This document shows positions 10,049-19,786 of a stretch of DNA of 64,000 nt, in pieces. The notes under the pieces were generated by a model that had not been told where the DNA came from, did not search any database, and worked only from the letters and a program-made list of their open reading frames with translations. Position 1 is the stretch's first letter. The number at the start of each line of letters is the position of its first letter. Position numbers and translations under genes: made by a program. The DNA is from Myxococcota bacterium (GTDB lineage Bacteria > Myxococcota_A > SURF-8), in assembly GCA_965140415.1 (NCBI GenBank), contig OZ223209.1, positions 4,352,001-4,416,000 of the forward strand, written 5' to 3'.

Positions 10049-11059
10049 ATGACGATGCCCACCAAAATCATGGCGCTGTTTTCATTGCTGGCGTGGCTGC
10101 TGTTATACAGCACTCCGATTTACGCACAAACCCCGGAGGCGGAACAAGAACCGTCAACTTCCGATTTGGCCGCAGCGGAAGAAGCCACAACCCAAGTATC
10201 CACATCCCCAACTCCTGCGCAGGCAAACGAATCGGAGGATGAAGAAATCGAAGTCGTCGATGACGTCGAGGATGTCACGCAGCAACCGCCGCTGTACAGT
10301 TCCGAAGCCTGGGCCGATAAAACCGCCTTTCCTGCCATCGAACGGGGCGTCAACCTGGCTACCGCACGCACGACCAAACGCAATGCGGTCTTGATCGTCA
10401 TCGATCATCGTACGAATCAGGCGTTCACCAAAAACACCTGGCGCGATTATTTCGGTCTGGATGCCGGAAAGCTGAAAATCGGGATCGGGGTTCGTTACGG
10501 CATTCTGGACAATCTGGATATGGGTATTTATCGACTGGGCGGCGCACATGAAATCTTCGATGCCTATGAACTGGATCTGCGCTACCGATTTCTAAGTCAG
10601 CAGGATTATCACCTGGATATGGCCGTGCGGGCGGGTGTGACCTGGTTTTATCAACCGGATCGGGATGACGCAGTCGGCGGTTTCGGCCAGTTGATGCTCA
10701 GCCGCGAATTCTTCAACCGGCTGCTGCTTTCCGCCAGTGCCCTGTTCCACTCCGAATCTTCCTACCAAACGAAAAAATCCACAGACGATGAATGGAGTTT
10801 CGCGGTAGGCGGACTAGTAGAAATCCGCCTGATCAAATGGCTGGCCTGGAATCTCGAAGTGATCGGCGGAGTGGCGGGCTATCACGAAGAATACCCCAAT
10901 TTCTCCTCCGCGCTGAAGTTCATCACCAGCATGCATACCTTTTCCCTGGTTTTATCCAACACCCAGTATCTCAATGCAGACGGCATCGTCTCCGGCTCGC
11001 ACCGCGACTGGGACAACCTGGTGGTCGGATTTCAGATCACTCGTGAAATCACTTTCTAG
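10049..11059 (+). CDS. Outer-membrane beta-barrel protein, DUF5777-like
   Basis: Signal peptide, IDHR motif, amphipathic strands, HTFSLVLSNTQ and terminal GFQITREITF. Confidence 0.7.
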   Translation: MTMPTKIMALFSLLAWLLLYSTPIYAQTPEAEQEPSTSDLAAAEEATTQVSTSPTPAQANESEDEEIEVVDDVEDVTQQPPLYSSEAWADKTAFPAIERGVNLATARTTKRNAVLIVIDHRTNQAFTKNTWRDYFGLDAGKLKIGIGVRYGILDNLDMGIYRLGGAHEIFDAYELDLRYRFLSQQDYHLDMAVRAGVTWFYQPDRDDAVGGFGQLMLSREFFNRLLLSASALFHSESSYQTKKSTDDEWSFAVGGLVEIRLIKWLAWNLEVIGGVAGYHEEYPNFSSALKFITSMHTFSLVLSNTQYLNADGIVSGSHRDWDNLVVGFQITREITF

Positions 11060-11074
11060 GCAATGGAGGTTCCC

Positions 11075-11476
11075 ATGTTGACACGTCGCTTGTTTCTGCT
11101 CGGTTCCGCCATCAGCGCAGTGGCCGCCTGGTTCTATTCACCACTGGTTTCTGCAAAAGCGAAAAAGCTGGCCCTGCCGTTAAGCAAAGCTCCCAAACTC
11201 AGCAGTGTAGAGGGCTGGGCGGTTTTAAAGATCAAAGGAAAAGAGATTCTGTTTATTCGGAATTCCGAAACATCGGTCACAGCGCTCAGCGCGCTATGCA
11301 CGCACAAAAACTGCCAACTCTCCTACGATCCCAAAGAAAAACACATTGCCTGTGCCTGTCACCGCTCCAGTTTCAATCTCGAAGGCAAACCACTTGGCGG
11401 ACCGGCCAAAAAGCCGCTGGCCAACTATCACGCCAAGCTTTCAGGCGAAAGGATTCTCTTTGAACTCGAAGAATAA
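11075..11476 (+). CDS. Tat-exported Rieske [2Fe-2S] protein
   Basis: TRRLFL twin-arginine signal; CTHKNC and CACH.S.F ligand boxes; GPA..PL; RBS GGAGG before ATG 11075. Confidence 0.92.
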   Translation: MLTRRLFLLGSAISAVAAWFYSPLVSAKAKKLALPLSKAPKLSSVEGWAVLKIKGKEILFIRNSETSVTALSALCTHKNCQLSYDPKEKHIACACHRSSFNLEGKPLGGPAKKPLANYHAKLSGERILFELEE

Positions 11477-11501
11477 GTCATATCATTTTTTCCCAAGGCC
11501 A

Positions 11502-12083
11502 TTGTTTGTTGTTGTTTGCACGCTGGCAGTTTGCCTTGCTTTTCTAACGTCGTCGGCAACGACACTCGTATTTGCAGAAGACAATGAGGACGTGGAAGAA
11601 GTCCTGGATGTCGAAGAGGTCGAAGTCGCGCCCTCTTCACAGGAACGGACCAACTCTGCATTGCCGGATTCAATTCTCAGCACATTGATTCACTCGCTGC
11701 ACCGACCGCTCGTTCATTTTCCGATTGCCTGGCTGATCCTGCTGTTCTTTGTCGATGTCGCCACCTTCGGGTTTCACAGAAAATGGGAGAAAGCCGGCTA
11801 TTATCTGGGCTGGGCAGCATTGGTGGCCTTTGTTCCCGCTATACTCAGCGGCTGGCTGCGCTCGCAACAGATGCCCGTTTCCGGGGAAACCTTGGAAATG
11901 CTCCTGGAGCATCGCAACCTGGCGTTAGTAACCATGGTAACGCTTTCCGCTTTGGTCGCTTGGCGACGGCTTCACAAAAACCACATGAATGCAAAACAGC
12001 AGGCAATCTACATGATTCTACTATTGATTGCGGTTTCACTCGTACTGGAAACTGGCCACCATGGCGGAAAATTGCTTGGATAA
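11502..12083 (+). CDS. DUF2231-like membrane protein
   Basis: HRPLVHFPIA, 4 TM helices, LEH and GHHGGKL motifs. Start uncertain (TTG 11502). Confidence 0.75.
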   Translation: MFVVVCTLAVCLAFLTSSATTLVFAEDNEDVEEVLDVEEVEVAPSSQERTNSALPDSILSTLIHSLHRPLVHFPIAWLILLFFVDVATFGFHRKWEKAGYYLGWAALVAFVPAILSGWLRSQQMPVSGETLEMLLEHRNLALVTMVTLSALVAWRRLHKNHMNAKQQAIYMILLLIAVSLVLETGHHGGKLLG

Positions 12084-12221
12084 TCAAACAAATACAGTCT
12101 TAGCGCTTTAGAATATCGCTAGCCCATTCAGCGAAAAGCTTGCAAAAAGCCTTGTCGAAGCGCCCAGGCTCCTTTTATACTATGGCCTCTGAAATCGTCG
12201 AGTCATATGGAGTTTGACAAC

Positions 12222-12380
12222 ATGAGTTCACCTTCGTTACTGAAAGAATTGTGGATGTTCTTACGGGTCAGGAAGAAATTCTGGATGGCCCCCATCATCC
12301 TGACATTGTTGCTTCTGGGTGCATTGATTCTCTTTTCCGAGAGTTCCGCATTGGCACCGTTTATTTACGCGCTGTTTTAA
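12222..12380 (+). CDS. Small membrane protein, DUF5989/SxtK-like (52 aa; not in ORF track)
   Basis: Translates to MSSPSLLKELWMFLRVRKKFWMAPIILTLLLLGALILFSESSALAPFIYALF; RKK.W..P and APFIY.LF are family hallmarks; GGAG upstream. Confidence 0.88.
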   Translation: MSSPSLLKELWMFLRVRKKFWMAPIILTLLLLGALILFSESSALAPFIYALF

Positions 12381-12427
12381 ATCGCTCGAAGCAAGCGAAT
12401 CACTTCTATCGCGCGATACTGGTAAGC

Positions 12428-12904
12428 ATGGACGAACTCCGCTTTATCTGCGACGCCATGCTGGGACGGCTGGCGAACTGGCTGCGTATTCTCGGCTATG
12501 ATACCGTTTTCATTGCGGATATTGCCGATAACGAATTGATTGCAATCGCCGAAACGCAAAAGCGTGTGCTGCTAACTCGCGATACGCACCTGCTGAAACG
12601 GAAGCTTTTTCGTTCACTGTCACACGGATTCATTTCCAGCAATGATTTCCGAGAACAAGTACGACAAGTTATAGCAGAATGGCAACTGACGAAAGCGCAC
12701 ATCGGCACGCGTTGTTTGCGTTGTAATGAAGTGTTGCAGCAAACGTCGAAAGCCAGCGTACAGAACGTGCTGCCGTTTTTCGTCGCCGCTACGCAAACAC
12801 AATTCAAGCGCTGTCCGCGCTGTCGCCGCGTGTATTGGCCTGCCACACATCATGAATCATTCCAACGCGAAATCGACGCCATGTTCACGGACTGCGATTT
12901 CTAG
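12428..12904 (+). CDS. Mut7-C RNase (PIN-like) domain protein
   Basis: RFICDAMLGRLANWLRILGYDT, RVLLTRD, RCLRCN, CPRCRRVYW..TH. Confidence 0.92.
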   Translation: MDELRFICDAMLGRLANWLRILGYDTVFIADIADNELIAIAETQKRVLLTRDTHLLKRKLFRSLSHGFISSNDFREQVRQVIAEWQLTKAHIGTRCLRCNEVLQQTSKASVQNVLPFFVAATQTQFKRCPRCRRVYWPATHHESFQREIDAMFTDCDF

Positions 12905-12942
12905 GAAAATCCGGAATAGAGCTTTTCACTATCAGGAAACTT

Positions 12943-12972
12943 TTGACAGCCCACGCCACTTTTAGGTAGACT
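12943..12972 (+). promoter_or_regulatory. Putative sigma70 promoter
   Basis: TTGACA-18bp-TAGACT upstream of the 13018 gene. Confidence 0.5.
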
Positions 12973-13017
12973 CTGCGGCGAATCACCTTTCGACCTTTTC
13001 TCATGCAGGAGAACGTC

Positions 13018-14973
13018 ATGAAATTCTGTACGCTTTTAACACTTGTACTTACCATTCTCGCTGCACCGTTCTTGCTGCTGGCGGATGCGTCCGGCACTTG
13101 GGAATTGCAGTTTTTGAATTTCAATCAGGGTAACGTGTTTAACGCCATGGATGCCGCCGATGCGGATGTAATCGTCGCCAGCGGAGTGGAAACCAATTCG
13201 CAAGGCGGACAAGATCCGGTCGTCAAACGTTCGATCAATGGCGGCACCACCTGGAACGCCGTTCAAATCCCGACCAATGGCGGTTTGTTTCCGGCGATGT
13301 TCACCGAAATTCAGATGATCAACAAAGATATCGGGTTTGCGGTCGGCTCGGAATTCGGTTTCACCGGCAGCGTCGCAGGACCAGCCTGGAAAATCACCGG
13401 TATGGGAGCGACCTGGGAACCGCTCGTCACACTGGATGCCAACTACCATCCGATGTGCTCCCACATTTTCTGCCTGAACGAAACCCATTGCTGGCTCACC
13501 TGCCTGGATGGTGAAATCCTGTACACCGCCAACGGGGGAACGTCTTTCTCTTCGGCCACGATTTCTCAGACCGATCTCGAACCGGGTCCGATTCACTTCA
13601 TCGATGAAAACCATGGTTGGGCGGCTTTTGGTTTGTCTGAAGGCGAGGATGATGAACCCAGCACCGTTCTGAACCGTGGTACGATTTACAGCACCTCAAA
13701 CGGCGGTGTGGACTGGCAACAGTTAACGACCGACCAGCCCTATGTATACTACCAGATGGACTTCGTCAATACACAGGTCGGCTATCTTTCCGCCTCCGAT
13801 GACAACTACGCCTACTTGTTGAAAACCAGCAACGGCGGTGTAGACTGGTTCGTGCTGCCGTTACCATCCGAAATTCAGGGACAGTTCGGTACTTCTCCGT
13901 TGTGGCTGGTCAGCGATTTGAAATTCTTCGATGAAAACACCGGCTGGGTGGCTGTCAGCTACGGTACACAAGAAGGAAGCGTGGGTAACACCTTGTATAT
14001 GAAGTACACCGAGAACGGCGGTTTAAACTGGTTCGATCATCAGATCATCAACCCGCAGGACAGCAGCGCCATCGGCGGACATATTCTGGACTTCGATTTC
14101 ATCGACGAGCACTTGGCATTCGCTGCCGGTGAAATGCAGGTAATCGCGAAATACGAAGATGGGCAGTACGTCCCACCTGATGGCGACTCTCCGACCGACG
14201 GCGATGGTGTAACCGATGGCGATGGCAGCGATGGCGATGTGGATCAGGAAAAAGAGCCGCTGTATCATGGTGGTCCCGGCGAACCCTGCCCGATTCCCGG
14301 CTCCGAGCCAGATTTCGACATTCAACGCTGCGACGCCGAAAAAGGCTCACCATTATGCGCCTGGCGCGATTCGGCGGAAACCTTCTGTACCGCTTTCTGT
14401 CAGAAAAACGAAGACTGCCGCCCGCTAAGCGCCGATGCGCAGTGCAAACCGGTAACGTTGGAAGGCCAGAGCAAACACATCTGCCTGCTAAAGGGAGAAT
14501 ACATCACCGACTATTCCGGCGACTGGTACGGCTACTGGCGTCCGCTGTTGGGCGAAACCTGCGCCGATAGTGACCCGCTCTGCGATTTGAATTACACCGG
14601 AAAGATCTGCATCAATGAACCCAGTGTCACTCCCTTCTGCTCGACGTTATGCCTGACCGACGACGACTGCCTGGGCGGCTTCATCGAAACGGTCTGCTGC
14701 AACGGCAACGCAGGCGGCGGGCAGCTTTACTGCCGTTACGGCGACTTGTGCGAAGAGCCGGAACCCACAGACGGCGACGGCAGCACCGATGGCGACAGCA
14801 ACACCGACGGCGACAGCCCAATCGGTCCGGGACCGGTTACGGATGGCGACGATGGCGGCTCGTCTGAAGACGGCGGCAGCAGTGGCTGCATGCAATCGCC
14901 CGAGACTTCCATGCTGCTGTTCGGATTGCTTGCGCTCTCCATCCTGTTCATCAGGAGAAAAGCACGAATCTGA
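13018..14973 (+). CDS. YCF48/BNR-repeat beta-propeller surface protein with Cys-rich domain, DGD linkers and MYXO-CTERM-like tail
   Basis: Signal peptide; repeated (S/T).NGG..W Asp-box motifs; C-terminal GSSGC-TM-RRK; RBS AGGAG. Confidence 0.85.
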   Translation: MKFCTLLTLVLTILAAPFLLLADASGTWELQFLNFNQGNVFNAMDAADADVIVASGVETNSQGGQDPVVKRSINGGTTWNAVQIPTNGGLFPAMFTEIQMINKDIGFAVGSEFGFTGSVAGPAWKITGMGATWEPLVTLDANYHPMCSHIFCLNETHCWLTCLDGEILYTANGGTSFSSATISQTDLEPGPIHFIDENHGWAAFGLSEGEDDEPSTVLNRGTIYSTSNGGVDWQQLTTDQPYVYYQMDFVNTQVGYLSASDDNYAYLLKTSNGGVDWFVLPLPSEIQGQFGTSPLWLVSDLKFFDENTGWVAVSYGTQEGSVGNTLYMKYTENGGLNWFDHQIINPQDSSAIGGHILDFDFIDEHLAFAAGEMQVIAKYEDGQYVPPDGDSPTDGDGVTDGDGSDGDVDQEKEPLYHGGPGEPCPIPGSEPDFDIQRCDAEKGSPLCAWRDSAETFCTAFCQKNEDCRPLSADAQCKPVTLEGQSKHICLLKGEYITDYSGDWYGYWRPLLGETCADSDPLCDLNYTGKICINEPSVTPFCSTLCLTDDDCLGGFIETVCCNGNAGGGQLYCRYGDLCEEPEPTDGDGSTDGDSNTDGDSPIGPGPVTDGDDGGSSEDGGSSGCMQSPETSMLLFGLLALSILFIRRKARI

Positions 14974-14992
14974 TGTGAGTTCGCTGAGTTTT

Positions 14993-15025
14993 AAAGGACC
15001 GGCCTTACCCGCCGGTCCTTTTTTT
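14993..15025 (+). terminator. Rho-independent terminator
   Basis: AAAGGACCGGC-loop-GCCGGTCCTTT followed by a T run, just after the 14973 stop. Confidence 0.85.
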
Positions 15026-15094
15026 ACATAGTTTCATGATGTTATCCATACCACTCATGCTATCATTGGCCGCGCAGGCGCTTCGTTCTTTTCC

Positions 15095-16084
15095 TTACTC
15101 CTCCACCGGTTGGCAGGGGGCGTTGCTCCAGGTGAAGCCGTTTAGCAGCGGCGTGCCGGTCGGGTCAGAATCGACCTTGTAGAGAGCTACGGGGCTGTTG
15201 GGGTAGATGGGGTCATTGATACCAGGAACATTCTGATTCGACCAGGTGATAATGCTTGTTGATTGTTCGAAAACCACCACCCAGTCCGTATTCTGAATAT
15301 AGCGTGCTTCACCGGGCTGCAATACATACCAGCATTGTTCGTGCTTGACCCACAGCTCATGGTAATACCTTTTTTCCCCATCCGCCTGCGTGCCGCGTGT
15401 TTGACTGCAAATGCGATGAGGGAGGATCTCCATGTCAGCCGGGTGCTGCAAACCTTCCGCAATAGGAGCCGTGCTGGTGTTGAAAATGTGGTATACGAGT
15501 TCATCTTCAACGTATAAATCCAGCCAACCCAAGCCCCAATCCCGTTCCTGCCACATCACGATTTTCACGTTCTGTCCGGTTTGCAGGTTGGGATTCAAGC
15601 CTGCACCAAGCAAACCAAAAGACCAAACGGTTCTTGATTGATCCTCGAAAGAGAACCAATATCTTGAACCTTGATCGTATGGGTAGTCCCCGCTTATTCC
15701 AGAAATGGAACTCGATTGAGATCCGCAGAATCCTGTCCGTTCCGGTTCGGTGCCGACATCGCTGATGGGACCGTTGAACATGTAAGCATCTTCGCCATAA
15801 TCCTGATCGCCATAACCGAGCCAGTCCTCTGGCCTGTCCAGAACCTTCCAACAGGCTGTCAGTCTTCTAGGAACGACATATTCCTCGCAATTGCCTTCGT
15901 ACAAATCCAACTCTGCTTCCGGTTCCTGCTCTGCATCGAAATTCTCAGTGAAATCCGTGTCCAAATCGCCATCGGTTACAATGTCGCCATCGCTATTTGT
16001 ATCCGATTCGTTGCAGTCACAAAAAAGCAGCGCGATGATTCCTGCAAAAAAGAATACTTTTAATCGGTTACATTGCATGTTCAT
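15095..16084 (-). CDS. Hypothetical exported protein/lipoprotein with DGD linker
   Basis: 329-aa ORF, hydrophobic N-terminus with Cys, SDGDIVTDGDLD linker. Confidence 0.7.
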   Translation of the reverse strand: MNMQCNRLKVFFFAGIIALLFCDCNESDTNSDGDIVTDGDLDTDFTENFDAEQEPEAELDLYEGNCEEYVVPRRLTACWKVLDRPEDWLGYGDQDYGEDAYMFNGPISDVGTEPERTGFCGSQSSSISGISGDYPYDQGSRYWFSFEDQSRTVWSFGLLGAGLNPNLQTGQNVKIVMWQERDWGLGWLDLYVEDELVYHIFNTSTAPIAEGLQHPADMEILPHRICSQTRGTQADGEKRYYHELWVKHEQCWYVLQPGEARYIQNTDWVVVFEQSTSIITWSNQNVPGINDPIYPNSPVALYKVDSDPTGTPLLNGFTWSNAPCQPVEE

Positions 16085-16420
16085 CCCTTTACGCTATATG
16101 GCAGTGCTTGAATTCATTTATCGATATCAACCGCAATGTCATTGTCCGCGCAGGCGGACAATCCATTGATTTTATTTAAGAACCTGGATTACCTGCCTTC
16201 GCAGGTAATGACATGGACCTCGCTAAGTTCAAATAGTAACCCGTATAGTCGGACTTTCGTCCGTAACATTGTGTTTTGCTTACAGAATACGATTGGACAG
16301 CATGTCTGTCCGATAAAAGAAAATCGTGATCGGCTCTCGTGGCGAGTATGTAACAAGTACCATACACGATGGGAGCTTGTCAAGCAGCTTCATTCAATAG
16401 TGATTCATGTATTGTTTATA

Positions 16421-16584
16421 GGCTGCCTCTAAAAATAGCTATTCGTCGCGAGAACGCATCCTTTGCGAGACCGGGCGTTTTTCGCAATCCGCAGGCATAT
16501 CCTGTAGATACGTCGAGGATTGAGAGAAACGATCCGGGCCGGAAAGTGGCGTTCGTAGCAGAATATGGATTTTTAGAGGTAGCC
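16421..16584. mobile_element. MITE-like element (164 bp)
   Basis: Terminal inverted repeats GGCTGCCTCTAAAAAT / ATTTTTAGAGGTAGCC (15/16 match), TATA on both flanks, no transposase. Confidence 0.8.
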
Positions 16585-16672
16585 TATAGTAAAGTAAGCA
16601 TTCAAACATCTCAAGTAACAACGAGCCAGTCCACATCTCCCTCTTTTTCTCCCTGTTATATCTACTTTTAAC

Positions 16673-16701
16673 TTGAACTTATATAGTATGCCGAATATAC
16701 T
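16673..16701 (+). promoter_or_regulatory. Putative sigma70 promoter
   Basis: TTGAAC-17bp-TATACT, ~230 nt upstream of ATG 16931. Confidence 0.45.
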
Positions 16702-16930
16702 ATGCACCGTATTTCTATGAATGTCGACTCGCCACAATTTTCACGGGATAAAATTCCTTTATGAGGTAAAGGGTTTGGCTTGTTCATACGATCAAGCCAC
16801 ATCGATTGTCGGTCAAAAGTACATCATCACGGAACGTACCTGTCTTGACGAACGACTGACACCCTCGACTCATGGATGTGAATACATGAAGGACTCGGTT
16901 GTACAGCCCTTTCGGTCAGGAGGTAAGACG

Positions 16931-19786
16931 ATGAGCAGAATCAATCGAAACTGGTTCCTTTTTGCAACGATGCTGATAATGTCCCTGTTTGCATTCGGCT
17001 GCTGGGGAGAAGACGAGAACGAAGTCGATCCCTGCACGCGCGACGCACAATGCCCTAATAGCGAACGTTGCGTAGAAGGCGTCTGCACTCCGGTAGATGA
17101 TCCGTCCGATGGAGATGAAGAAGACACGCGCGACTGCCAAACCGGCGAAATCGATTCCTGCCCCTGTTTAGGCGGAACGACCGGCTCCCGCCTCTGCCAG
17201 CAGAACGGGACATGGGGAAGTTGCAATTGCCCTGCGCCACCGGATGGCGATGCAACCGATGGCGACACTGCTGACGGCGATAAAGCCGATGGTGACTTCA
17301 CCGACGGCGATGCAATCGACGGCGACCACACCGACGGCGACAGGGACTTCGACTGGGACGATATCGATTGGTGTATCGATGGAGACTACTGGGTAGACGG
17401 CGATGCCCCCCCAGTCGATGGCGATGCCGATTTCCAGCCTCCGGATGGCGACGATCCGGTTGATGGCGACAGTATCCTTCCAGACGGTGACCTACTGGAT
17501 GGGGACTATACGGACGGAGACCAAATTGTCGATGGCGACGAGCCTCCGAACTACATCTACACCTGCGACGGCAACAACGTTCTTCGTCAAGACCCGAGTA
17601 TCGGCAACTGGGAGTTCTTATATAATTGCGAAGAGTATTACATGGTGTGTGAAAACGGTGCCTGTACCACACCGAATCCGGGAGACGAAGACGTTCCCAA
17701 CTATTGCAGCCACGATCTCGAATGTCCTGCCGGCTATGCCTGCCACGATGAATTGAACGAGTGTCGTCCCCTGGAATGCCAGTATCATCAAACCTGTCTG
17801 GGACAGTACGGCAACGGTTTCACCTGTCATTCCGATGGCTTATGTTATCTCGATTGCCTTTACAATGAGGATTGCCAGAGCGGCTATAGCTGCGTGCAGG
17901 GCATCTGTCGTGCCAGCAATGATTGCAACCCGACCATCGATCATCTCATCATTGCCGAAGGCGATGGTGTGATCAAAACAGGAGTGAGTAAGTCGCTTTC
18001 CGTACGAGCAGTCGATATCTACGGCAACTTGGTCAACCATGCCCTGGCATTCATCTGGGAAAGCGATTCGCCAAGCGTGGTGAGCGTAAACGCCAATGGA
18101 GAAATTACCGGGCAATCTGCCAATGGCACTGCCACCATCAGCGCGCGTATCTCCTGTAACTCACTGGCAGTAGCGCAGGTCAGCTATACCAACTACACCG
18201 TATCTAGCAGCGGACTTCGAGTGATCGCAATCGACACCATAACCGGTCTGCCTGTTTCAAACGCTACCGTACTTGCAGTGCAGGGCGAAACCCCTTACAG
18301 TCAAACGACCGTGAACGGCCAGGCAACATTCAACAATCTGGATTGCGGCAATACCGCCTGCGACGTGCATATCCTACATCCGGATTACAGCTATGTCAGC
18401 GCATTCGGTCTGCAAAACAACGATCTGTATTTCCCGCTTCAGCCGAACCGGGATCTATCGATTGCGGCGGGAGTCAAAGGAAATCTCGATTTCGAACCCA
18501 TCCCTGATATCATTCGGCAAGACATCGACTCCGGAGCCGCAGCCTTTTCCATTACCGGAGACTGGGCCGACATCGCCTATGAAGATCTGCTCGGTGAAAC
18601 CGTCATGACCCGCCTGAGACTCGGATCGGTTTTCGATGATATCGTCCCCATCGACAGCGCACGTGAATCCTACCTTCACGATGATCCGATGTTCGAACAA
18701 TACCGGGCGCTTGCGCAACCCGGAGCCAAGGCATTGTGGGGGTTTGCCGGATCTTTCAGTTTAAATGACATTATTACAATTGTAACCTCAGTCATGGGAG
18801 ACGAGTTTGATCTGATCCTATACCAGCAATTAATGAGCCCAATGCTGGAAGACTATTACTTCGACGTTCAGCCCGGCTTCGATCTCCAACCCGAACCGCG
18901 TCTGTTCGATGCGGAAGACCTGAACGGAAATAACAGCACCACCGACATGATACCCGATTACGCCGCACTGGATGATGTCGGCGGAATTCTCCGGGCGGAA
19001 TTCGTCCAAGGCCAGCGTATCGCGCTTCAATTCGGTGATTTGCCCGACATGCAGAGTGGTTGCGGTGACAGCGTATTCGCCATGATCGCGGCCAACGAGG
19101 CGGGAAGCGGTCTGACGCCGCAAGGATTCACCTGGGGACTGGATGATGATGCGGAAGACTTCAATCCCGGAGATTGCAAAGTCGGTTCCGAAAATAATGG
19201 AGTCTTCACCCTGCCCAGCAGCATCTCCGGTTCGATTTTGCAGCCGGAAAATTACACGATAATGGGAATGGCGCTTTCCTTATCCGGAATCAATATCGAG
19301 CAGGACCAAATGATGGCTTCGATGGTCATAGGCCCCGGTATCGACCTCCCCAGCTTCGCCCGATATGTGGATCATTCCGTAGTCTTCAAGCGCTTCGCCT
19401 CGCTGCCGCTTACAGCCCAGATGCCGGAATTCCTGGACATTCCACTTTCCGCGCAGTACGACTATACCAATGAGGCGCACACGTTACAGACAGATGCCGT
19501 GGCGGGTGCGTCTTTCTACCGGGCGCTGCTGTTCAGCGAAGATGAATCGAGCCAGCAGCGGCGTTGCTGGCAGGTTTACTGGCCGGCGGACCGGCAGAGC
19601 GTCAGTTTCGAGCAACCGGAAGGTGCGCAACAACGATTGGTCGATTTGCTCGGATTTTCGAGCGTGCAGGCGTTGAAACTGACCGGGCAAGTGAACTACC
19701 AGTATCTGATGCAATTTAACGACTTGAACCTGGATCAACTTAACCATGTCTTACAGGCGTATTCACAACATCCCGTACAGGATTAA
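16931..19786 (+). CDS. Large Cys-rich lipoprotein with DGD repeats and Ig-like (Big_2-like) domain
   Basis: RBS AGGAGGT; lipobox AFGC; Cys-rich modules; W.SD.PSVVSVNANG.ITG Ig-like signature. Confidence 0.82.
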   Translation: MSRINRNWFLFATMLIMSLFAFGCWGEDENEVDPCTRDAQCPNSERCVEGVCTPVDDPSDGDEEDTRDCQTGEIDSCPCLGGTTGSRLCQQNGTWGSCNCPAPPDGDATDGDTADGDKADGDFTDGDAIDGDHTDGDRDFDWDDIDWCIDGDYWVDGDAPPVDGDADFQPPDGDDPVDGDSILPDGDLLDGDYTDGDQIVDGDEPPNYIYTCDGNNVLRQDPSIGNWEFLYNCEEYYMVCENGACTTPNPGDEDVPNYCSHDLECPAGYACHDELNECRPLECQYHQTCLGQYGNGFTCHSDGLCYLDCLYNEDCQSGYSCVQGICRASNDCNPTIDHLIIAEGDGVIKTGVSKSLSVRAVDIYGNLVNHALAFIWESDSPSVVSVNANGEITGQSANGTATISARISCNSLAVAQVSYTNYTVSSSGLRVIAIDTITGLPVSNATVLAVQGETPYSQTTVNGQATFNNLDCGNTACDVHILHPDYSYVSAFGLQNNDLYFPLQPNRDLSIAAGVKGNLDFEPIPDIIRQDIDSGAAAFSITGDWADIAYEDLLGETVMTRLRLGSVFDDIVPIDSARESYLHDDPMFEQYRALAQPGAKALWGFAGSFSLNDIITIVTSVMGDEFDLILYQQLMSPMLEDYYFDVQPGFDLQPEPRLFDAEDLNGNNSTTDMIPDYAALDDVGGILRAEFVQGQRIALQFGDLPDMQSGCGDSVFAMIAANEAGSGLTPQGFTWGLDDDAEDFNPGDCKVGSENNGVFTLPSSISGSILQPENYTIMGMALSLSGINIEQDQMMASMVIGPGIDLPSFARYVDHSVVFKRFASLPLTAQMPEFLDIPLSAQYDYTNEAHTLQTDAVAGASFYRALLFSEDESSQQRRCWQVYWPADRQSVSFEQPEGAQQRLVDLLGFSSVQALKLTGQVNYQYLMQFNDLNLDQLNHVLQAYSQHPVQD
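17243..17347 (+). repeat. Seven in-frame 15-bp units encoding DGDxx pentapeptides
   Basis: DGDAT DGDTA DGDKA DGDFT DGDAI DGDHT DGDRD. Confidence 0.9.

Noticed and set aside
16702-16930. Riboswitch in the long leader of the 16931 gene
   Set aside because: Only short hairpins; no recognisable c-di-GMP, cobalamin, TPP or SAM consensus.
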